64,000 nucleotides of DNA, taken from an uncultured virus (IMG/VR IMGVR_UViG_3300037846_000120) (taxonomy: Duplodnaviria > Heunggongvirae > Uroviricota > Caudoviricetes). Under the pieces are notes generated by a model. That model searched no databases and had not been told where the DNA came from. It was given only the letters and a program-made list of their open reading frames with translations. The stretch lies in the IMG/VR virus record IMGVR_UViG_3300037846_000120. One strand, 5' to 3'. Below are positions 49,861 to 57,600 of the stretch, in pieces (position 1 is the stretch's first letter; each line of letters starts with the position of its first letter). A program made the position numbers and the translations under genes.

Positions 49861-52737
49861 ATGGCTTCGCCCACTGCCAATCCGTTCGATCAATTCGACG
49901 GACCGGCTCCCACCAAACAAGACAATCCGTTCGATCAATTCGACTTTGGATCGTACCCCTCGGTGATCGCGCGCGGCGTTGCGCGCGGCGCAATCGATAC
50001 GACCGCGACTGCGCTCAAGGGTTTGCCGGTCATCGAGCGCGCGTCCGAGCCAGGCAACCTCAGTTACCTTGAAGGCTCGGGCGGCGGTACGATGTTCGCG
50101 CCACCGGAAAATCCGCAGCCGCAAACTCCGATCACCGAGACGGCGCCGTACAAAGCCGGTCAAGCGGTGCGGCAATTTGGCGAACGCCGTGCTCCGATGA
50201 CGGCGGCCGAGGAGCAAAGCTTCACCGGCAAAGCAAGTCGCATGGCGGGCGGTGCAGTTCCCTTCGTTGCTGGCGCGCTGCTCGCGCCTGAAGTTGCGCT
50301 GCCGGCAGGCGCCACTGTCTTTGCATCGTCATCGGCGGCTTCATCGTTCGACGATTTCAAAACGCGCGGCGCCAGCGATGAAGACGCGGCGAAGGGCGCC
50401 GGCCTTTCCGCGATCGTCGGCGGCGGTCTCGGTGTGCTGCCGCTCGGCGCGATCCTGGCGCCGGTGCGCCGCACGGCGCCTGGCATGGTCGGCTGGGCGC
50501 TGACAAAACTTGAGCAGGCGCTGCAATCGGGCGCGACGTTTGGCACGGTCGGCGAAGCGCAGAAGTTTCTTGATGAGGAAATCAAGCGACACTCTGCCAG
50601 CGATTATGTTGGCGCTCCGGTTGATGCCTTCGGGTCAACGACGCCGCAAGGCGTCGAGGCGGCAACGCCGGCCGGCTACACATTCGATCCTAAGAGCTAC
50701 GCCGCAAGCATCGCTGCCGGCGGCGCGCTCGGTGTGGTGCATCCGCTCGCAGCTCCGCGCGTCAGCACGCCGGAAGAAATCGCAGCGTTCAACCGCGCCG
50801 CATCGGCTGCACCTGGTGCGGAGAAAACATTCAGCCAGACGCGCGCCGACATCGACGAGTTTTTGCGAACGCGCGCCGAGCGCGAAGCCGCAGCAGCGCG
50901 CGACGCCGGACAACTGCAGCTGCCGCCGCCGGCCGAGCCCGGCGAATCGGCGCCGCAAGCGGCAGCACCACAACCCGAAGCGCCATCAGGCGGTGAAACA
51001 TTCCCGTCGTTCGAGGAGCCGGGACGCACGTCGCCGGCGGCGGCGCCAAATCCATTCGATCAGTTCGAGCAGCCGACTGTGGAGATCCCGAGCGCTGCGC
51101 CGGCCGAGCCGCAACCGCCGGCGCCCCGCACCGACGTCGGGCCGCACGTCCTCCAAGCTCTGCTCGATGACCCGCGGTCGGCGGCTGAAATCCGCGGCTC
51201 GATCGACGCGAGGAAGGCGGCCGGTGATCAGGGGTCAACCCCCATCCAAACGGAGGTCAACCCCCAACCGCTGGCCCAAGCCCTTGACCAGACTCCAGAT
51301 ATTAACCACGTTTCACGTGAAACCCCGGGTAGCAGGGACCTTCCAGTGGCGCTGGAAGGCCCGGAGCACGTCCTGGCGGGCGCCGAGCACACCGCCGAGC
51401 CCACGCCCGGCCAAGCCGACGCGGGCAACTACCGCAAGCGCCATGTCACCTGGAATGGCCTCGATCTTACCGTCGAGACCGAGGCCGGCATGGAGCGCCG
51501 CGGCACCGGAGCGGACGGCCAGCCCTGGTCGGTTACGCTCACTTCACCATACGGCTACATCAAAGGGACAAAAGGCCGCGATGGTGAACAAGTTGACGTT
51601 TATCTAGGCCCGCAACCGCAATCCCCCCACGTCTTCATCGTCGATCAGATCGACCCGGCCACCGGCCGGTTCGACGAGCACAAGGCGCTGGTCGGCTTTC
51701 CCGACGAAGCGAGCGCTCGAGCTGCGTACCAACAGGCCTTTTCCGACAACAGCGCCGGAAGCCGTCTAGGCGCCCTGCAGAGCCTCACCGTTGAGGGGTT
51801 CAAGGACTGGCTGCGGAAAGGTCAGCGCCGAGAGCCCCTCGCTTACAGCGACACTGTAGGGGCGGCGCAGCGCATTGCGCGCGAGATCGGGGTGAACGCG
51901 ACCGCGGCCGAGGTCGAGGAAGCGGCGCGCATCCACAAGGGCAGCAATGCTGACCTAACCGATGTCCTGGTCGCAGTGATCGAGCGAAACGCCATTGCCG
52001 AAGAAGCGGAATCGGCGGACAGTGTCCAACGTCACGAGGCGAACGATGGTCGGCAGGTTGAGCCCGCAGCAGAGAATACTTCTGGCGCACAGCTTGCGCC
52101 GGCAGGCGAACCAACCGGGCGTCCCGGTGCGCAGGAAGTTGGAGAAGCGCCGGCTGGCATCGAACCTGGTGAAGCTGAACGCGATCGACGCGCAGCGGGC
52201 GAACGCCTAGACCAGCGCAGCGGTTTTTCTCCCAGCCAATTGAAGACGCTGCTCGACGAGGAGGATGAAAGCCTCGTCGGCATGTGGCATCAGGCCCGCG
52301 AGCCGATGCCGCCCGACGCATCGGATCAGCACAGCGCCTATGTCAGCCGGATCACAAAGGACCTTGATCGGCTCGGCGTGTTGCACGCCGCAACCGAACA
52401 GGAAGTTCGCGATCTCTTGATGGACCGCCGGCTCCGCAAGGAGACGGTGCAGCCGCGTGGCAGTGAAATTCTCGATCTGCAAGCCGAGCCGGAGCGTCCT
52501 GCGCTCACAGCGCCCGTCACGCGTGATGCGGCGCCGGCCGAGCCTGAGATCACGCCGTTGGGCACAACGGCGGCGACGCTGACCAAGCTCATCCCGAAAA
52601 TCGCAAAAATGTCGGACGCCGATCGCGCCGACGTGCGCCAGCGCGTCGCGACGATGATGGCCGACATGGAAGCGGAAGGCCGCAAGATCGCGGAGCACTG
52701 CGTAGAGACCGGCGGAAAATTCTCCGTCCGAAGATAG
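49861..52737 (+). CDS. large ejection/polyvalent protein with inorganic pyrophosphatase-like domain
   Basis: NPFDQF repeats, hydrophobic G/A helices; AGNYRK...YGYIKGT.G.DG..VDV..G...FDEHK...GF. Confidence 0.8.
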   Translation: MASPTANPFDQFDGPAPTKQDNPFDQFDFGSYPSVIARGVARGAIDTTATALKGLPVIERASEPGNLSYLEGSGGGTMFAPPENPQPQTPITETAPYKAGQAVRQFGERRAPMTAAEEQSFTGKASRMAGGAVPFVAGALLAPEVALPAGATVFASSSAASSFDDFKTRGASDEDAAKGAGLSAIVGGGLGVLPLGAILAPVRRTAPGMVGWALTKLEQALQSGATFGTVGEAQKFLDEEIKRHSASDYVGAPVDAFGSTTPQGVEAATPAGYTFDPKSYAASIAAGGALGVVHPLAAPRVSTPEEIAAFNRAASAAPGAEKTFSQTRADIDEFLRTRAEREAAAARDAGQLQLPPPAEPGESAPQAAAPQPEAPSGGETFPSFEEPGRTSPAAAPNPFDQFEQPTVEIPSAAPAEPQPPAPRTDVGPHVLQALLDDPRSAAEIRGSIDARKAAGDQGSTPIQTEVNPQPLAQALDQTPDINHVSRETPGSRDLPVALEGPEHVLAGAEHTAEPTPGQADAGNYRKRHVTWNGLDLTVETEAGMERRGTGADGQPWSVTLTSPYGYIKGTKGRDGEQVDVYLGPQPQSPHVFIVDQIDPATGRFDEHKALVGFPDEASARAAYQQAFSDNSAGSRLGALQSLTVEGFKDWLRKGQRREPLAYSDTVGAAQRIAREIGVNATAAEVEEAARIHKGSNADLTDVLVAVIERNAIAEEAESADSVQRHEANDGRQVEPAAENTSGAQLAPAGEPTGRPGAQEVGEAPAGIEPGEAERDRRAAGERLDQRSGFSPSQLKTLLDEEDESLVGMWHQAREPMPPDASDQHSAYVSRITKDLDRLGVLHAATEQEVRDLLMDRRLRKETVQPRGSEILDLQAEPERPALTAPVTRDAAPAEPEITPLGTTAATLTKLIPKIAKMSDADRADVRQRVATMMADMEAEGRKIAEHCVETGGKFSVRR
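51309..51324. promoter_or_regulatory. parS-like site
   Basis: cGTTTCACGTGAAACc; perfect 14-bp core of consensus TGTTTCACGTGAAACA. Confidence 0.6.
52046..52210 (+). CDS. putative nested +1-frame gene (54 aa, basic helical)
   Basis: GAGG RBS; MVGRLSPQQRILLAHSLRRQ...RRLASNLVKLNAIDAQRANA; main frame reads like a shadow frame here. Confidence 0.45.
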   Translation: MVGRLSPQQRILLAHSLRRQANQPGVPVRRKLEKRRLASNLVKLNAIDAQRANA

Positions 52738-52756
52738 TCCCCAAGCCATCAAAACA

Positions 52757-53227
52757 ATGGAGCTGGGAATGGTTCGACGATCACGATTGTCGAGGCTGGA
52801 TAGCGTTGCCCGATGGACTGGCGATCGCCAACGAAGGCCGCACCGCGACAAGCACGATTTCGGCTACGAGCTGGGCGAGCGCATGTTCGTCCGCGGCATG
52901 GTGCTGCACGGCAAGGCGGAAGCGGTGAACTGGCGAAGATTTCTCCTCGACGCCACCAAGGCGCTCGGCATGTCGCCAGTCGCGCGCACCGCATCCTGGA
53001 AGTTTCCCCTCCACGGCGCCGGCGGCAACGGCCGCACCATCATCCAGCCAATCACAGAATCCTTCCTCGTCATCGATACGTGGCCCGATCACCGCGGCGC
53101 GTATCTCCTCATCTGTAGCTGCAAACCCTTCGAGCCGAAGTGCTTGGAGCCGGTGCTCACGCTCTATTCGCTCCGCCTGGGGCAATCGATCGGTGAGCCC
53201 GCCATGCTGGAGCTTGTCGAGCAATGA
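52757..53227 (+). CDS. divergent pyruvoyl-dependent SAM decarboxylase (SpeD/SpeH) family protein; start uncertain
   Basis: G.T..QPITES-FLVIDTWPD..GAYLLICSCKPF. Confidence 0.8.
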   Translation: MELGMVRRSRLSRLDSVARWTGDRQRRPHRDKHDFGYELGERMFVRGMVLHGKAEAVNWRRFLLDATKALGMSPVARTASWKFPLHGAGGNGRTIIQPITESFLVIDTWPDHRGAYLLICSCKPFEPKCLEPVLTLYSLRLGQSIGEPAMLELVEQ

Positions 53228-54480
53228 CCGATTACAAGAGCAAGACCGTTTGCGTTTGGGACAACGGCCTGTTCATCGAGTGCGCAATCACGTTGGCGCG
53301 CGATTTCGGCAAGGTGCTCTATTACGTGCCGTGGCAGTCCGGCTATCCGTCATCGAACATCACGATCATCGGGCGCGGCGTGCCCAATCTCAAACAGATC
53401 GAAAATCCCTGGCCGTTCATCGACGAGATCGACCTGTGGGTGTTTCCCGACGTCTACGAGGGCGCGACCCAGGAATTCCTGGCGTCGCTTGGCAAACGGG
53501 TATGGGGCGGCCGGCGCGGTGAGGATTTGGAACTGGATCGCGCCGGCAGCAAAGAGTACCTCGCATCGCTCGGCATCGACATCGGCAAGTGGTACCTCGT
53601 CAACGGTGTCAAGGCGCTGCGCAAGCATCTTGAGCGCCACGACGATCAGTGGGTGAAGATTTCCAAGACCCGCGGCGACGGCGAGACCTTCCACTCCGAA
53701 AACTACGACCTGGTGAAGCCGCGAATCGACGAGCTTGAATACAAGCTCGGCGCCAAGGGCGACATCATGGAGTTCATCGTCGAGGACGCCATCAACGATG
53801 CGGTGGAGGTCGGCTACGACGGCTACACCATCGACGGCAAGTACGCCAAAAACGCCATGTTCGGCATCGAGATCAAAGATAAGGGTCTGGTGATGAAGAC
53901 CCTGAAATACGACGCCTTGCCGATCGAAGTAAGCAGCGTCAACGACAAGCTCTCGCAGGCGTTCCGCGAATTCGGCTACCGCGGCATGTTCTCCTCCGAA
54001 CTCCGCATCACGCGCGACCACACGCCCTACATGATCGACCCGTGCTGCCGCTGCGGCTCGCCGCCATCGGAGTTGATGTGGGAAATGGTCAGCAATTGGG
54101 CCGACATCATGTGGGAGGGAGCGCTCGGCACGGTGGTCGAGCCGGTGTTCACCGCGAAATGGGGCGCCGAGCTGCTCTTGATTTCGGATTGGGGCGACAG
54201 GAACTGGCAACCGCTCGAATTCCCGAAGTCGATCCGGCGCAACGTCAAACTGCGCTACCTCACCATCATCGACGGCAAGTACTATCAGGTGCCGCAGGCT
54301 TCCGCGCATCCGGAGATCGGCGCCGTGGTCGCCACCGGCGACACCATGGAAGCGGCGATCAAGAACGTGACGGAGATCGCCGAGAAGGTGAAGGGCTTTT
54401 ATGTCGATGTGCACCCGGAGGCGCTCAACGAGGCGACGGAGCAATTCGACAAGCTCAAAGAGTTTGGGATCAAGGTTTAG
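53224..54480 (+). CDS. PurD-like ATP-grasp ligase
   Basis: LELDRAGSKEYL...GI, WVKI, FIVED, YRGM, IDPCCRCGSPP (cf. PurD EFNxRFGDPE); ATGA-coupled to the decarboxylase. Confidence 0.8.
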   Translation: MTDYKSKTVCVWDNGLFIECAITLARDFGKVLYYVPWQSGYPSSNITIIGRGVPNLKQIENPWPFIDEIDLWVFPDVYEGATQEFLASLGKRVWGGRRGEDLELDRAGSKEYLASLGIDIGKWYLVNGVKALRKHLERHDDQWVKISKTRGDGETFHSENYDLVKPRIDELEYKLGAKGDIMEFIVEDAINDAVEVGYDGYTIDGKYAKNAMFGIEIKDKGLVMKTLKYDALPIEVSSVNDKLSQAFREFGYRGMFSSELRITRDHTPYMIDPCCRCGSPPSELMWEMVSNWADIMWEGALGTVVEPVFTAKWGAELLLISDWGDRNWQPLEFPKSIRRNVKLRYLTIIDGKYYQVPQASAHPEIGAVVATGDTMEAAIKNVTEIAEKVKGFYVDVHPEALNEATEQFDKLKEFGIKV

Positions 54481-54682
54481 CAAAAAATTCCTCTGCCTTT
54501 ATGCCTGTGACGCGCATAATTTCCTGCTCCGCCTCCCGCCAAATTATGTACGCGACCGTCATATCTTGAACGGCCAGATCACAACCAAAAAACACGACGC
54601 CTTCGTTCGTCGGCAGTGCCGATGCTGGCCCGGCGACAAGCGCCGCGCCCAGGCCCAACAGGAAATCCCTTCTATCAACCAT
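54470..54682 (-). CDS. small antisense protein with Tat-like signal
   Basis: MVDRRDFLLGLGAALVAGPASA. Confidence 0.5.
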   Translation of the reverse strand: MVDRRDFLLGLGAALVAGPASALPTNEGVVFFGCDLAVQDMTVAYIIWREAEQEIMRVTGIKAEEFFAKP

Positions 54683-57600
54683 GATCCGCTGCCCCAACTT
54701 CCGCTCCGATAAGGTCCGCGAGGACTTCAACGGCGTTTTGCAACGCCTCGGCGGCGTAGCTATGTCCGCAGACGACATTGCGCCGCGGCAACCTTATCTC
54801 GCCAAGCTCAACGAAACGCAAATCGCAGCGTATCACACCGCCCATTACCTGTGGAACGCGCACAAGAAGGTGGGAGACATCCTCGACTTTCTGGATGCGC
54901 TCGACGCGGTGAACAATGCGCTGGAAGCGCCGGTCAATGCACCGGAGCAGCCATCTGATGCAACAAAGCCGCCCGATCACGCAACAGAGCGGCCCAAAAA
55001 TGCGCCGATAGCGCCTAAAGATGCACAGGCCCCGGAAACGGGGCCTTCTTCGTCTGAGGCGGCGCCGCTGTCCAATCTGCCGTCGATCGAGCTTGCGCGC
55101 TCGCTGCTTGAGCGGTTGCGCGCTGGCAAGCCGATCACCAGCAAAATCCTCCAGGAAGAAGCCGGCTTGTCCTATGGCGGCAAGCTCTCGGAAGGCCGCT
55201 TCGACCGCAAGGACATGGCGGATGCGCTCGAACTCGCGGTGAACATGCACATCGCGCAGGATCCCGCGCTGCGCGTCACGGGCGACGACTGGCGAGGCCC
55301 GATCGCCAAGCTCGACGCGCTGTTGTCGAAGCTTCCCACTCAGCGCGTGCGCTCCGATGAACAGGTCAGCTTTCAGCAATTCTCGACGCCGCCCACCTAC
55401 GCCGCCGCCGCGACCTATGCCGCCAATCTCCGCGAAGGAGACACATTAATTGAACCTTCGGCGGGAACCGGCTCGATCGTCGCGGCGGCGATGCGGCCGG
55501 GCGTCAAGATCATCGCCAATGAATTGTCCGAGCGCCGCACGGCGCTGTTGCGCGCGCTGATCGGCTCTGACGGCAAAGTGTTCCGCGAGAATGCCGAGCA
55601 GCTCAACAACGTGCTGCCCGACGACGTCAAGCCGAACGTCGCGGTGATGAATCCGCCATTCTCGCAAACCGCCGGCCGCATGGGCGACCGCAAGGTGCCG
55701 ATGGTGGCGCCCATGCACATCGAGCAAGCGCTCAAGCGGCTCGAAGATGGCGGGCGCCTCGTCGCCATTGTCGGCCGCGGCATGACCATGGGCCAGCCGG
55801 GCTACCGGGCCTGGTGGTCGAAAATCTCCGCCGAATACACCGTGCGCGCCAATATCGGCGTCGACGGCAAGGTGTACGAGAAATACGGCACCACTTTCGG
55901 CACTCGTTTACTCGTCATAGATAAGATTGCGCCATCGGGTGATTCGAAGCCCGTTTTGGCAGATGCGCAGACGGTCGAAGACCTGATGCGCTTGTTGGAG
56001 CCGATCAGAAATGGGCGCTCAGCGGACAATCAAGGAGAACAGCGCGTCGGTGAACCTGGCGGCGCGCAGGTGGATCATGCTCGCTCTGAAGCAGATGCCG
56101 GACCCGCACTACTTGCACCTCCTCCAACTGGCGGAGTGGGGACTGACGAACAAGGCGCAGGGCGACTGGCCTCCGAACGATCAGTACGCGCTGGAAGATC
56201 AGATACGGCATCTGTTCGGGTGGAGCGCGGCCAACGTGATGAGTTGGCTTTTCAGCAATCCGAACGGCCCGGACAAGCCGGAGCAACAGGCGAGCCTGCT
56301 AAAGCTGCTGCGGGAGACGGACAAGCCGGAGCGCGCCGCGGCGCACGTGCTCAACGCGATCTACAGCCGTCAGGTGAGCCAAAATCCGGCCTTGCAGCCG
56401 GCGGCGAGCGAGTAGAGCTCGAACACGCCGCGCCCGGCACCCAGGGCGCTTCCGAGATATCCGACAGCCTCTACGACAATTACAAGCCGCAGCGCGTGCG
56501 CGTGGCCGGCGCCAAGCCGCATCCGTCGAAACTGGTGGAATCGGCCGCGATGGCTTCGGTGTCGCCGCCGACGCCGACTTACAAGCCCAACCTGCCGCGC
56601 GCGGTTATAGAGAAAGGTCTGCTGTCGGACGCGCAGCTCGAGGCGGTGGTCTATGCCGGCGAAGCCCACGGCAAGATGCTGCCGGCGGCCGAAGGCGAGA
56701 CGGCGAAGCGCAAGGGCTATTTCATCGGCGACGGCACCGGCGTCGGCAAGGGCCGCGAGATCAGCGGTATTTTCCTCGACAACTGGAACCAAGGCCGCCG
56801 CCGCGGCGTGTGGGTGTCCGAGAAAAACACCCTGCTCGAAGATGCCAAGCGTGATTGGTCCGGGCTGCAACAAAACCCGAACCTCATCTTTAATATCGGC
56901 AAGGTGAAGACCGGCGAGCCGATCCAGACCAAGCAAGGCATCGGCTTTGTCACCTACGACACTCTCAAGGGCGGCATGTCGGATCAGGCCGCGCTCTCGC
57001 GCGGCGAATTTGTGCGCAAGCAGCAAGTCAAGGTGAACGGCCAGAGCGGCAAGGTCGCAAAATTCGGCAAGACGTCCGGCGGTCAGCCAGGGCAGATCAC
57101 CGTCAATCTCGACAACGGCTCTACCGTTACCGTGCCGAGCAACGAGGTCCAGGCGCTCGAAAAGGCCAACATCAAGTCGCGCGTCGATCAGATTGTCGAT
57201 TGGCTGGGTGAAGATTTCGACGGCGTTATTGCGCTCGACGAATCCCACAACATGGCCAACGCGACCGGCGGCAAGGGCGACCGCGGCAAAAAAGACGCGG
57301 CGATGAAGGCGATCGCCGGCATGGAATTGCAGAAGCGCTTGCCCAATGCGCGCGTCGTCTACGATTCGGCGACCGGCGCCACCGAAGTCTCCAATCTCGC
57401 CTATGCCGATCGGCTCGGCTTGTGGGGTAGGGGTACTCCATTCGCTTCACGAGAAGCCTTCGTGACCCAGGTCGAGGAGGGCGGCATTGCGGCGATGGAG
57501 TTGATCGCCCGCGACATGAAGGCGCTCGGCCTCTATACCGCGCGCAACTTGTCCTACGACGGCGTTGAGTACGATCGGCTTGAGCACAAGCTCGACGAAA

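Noticed and set aside
53224..54480. Calling the ATP-grasp gene purD
   Set aside because: Lacks the GxGGREHA N-terminal motif, the catalytic motif is altered, and no purine genes are nearby.
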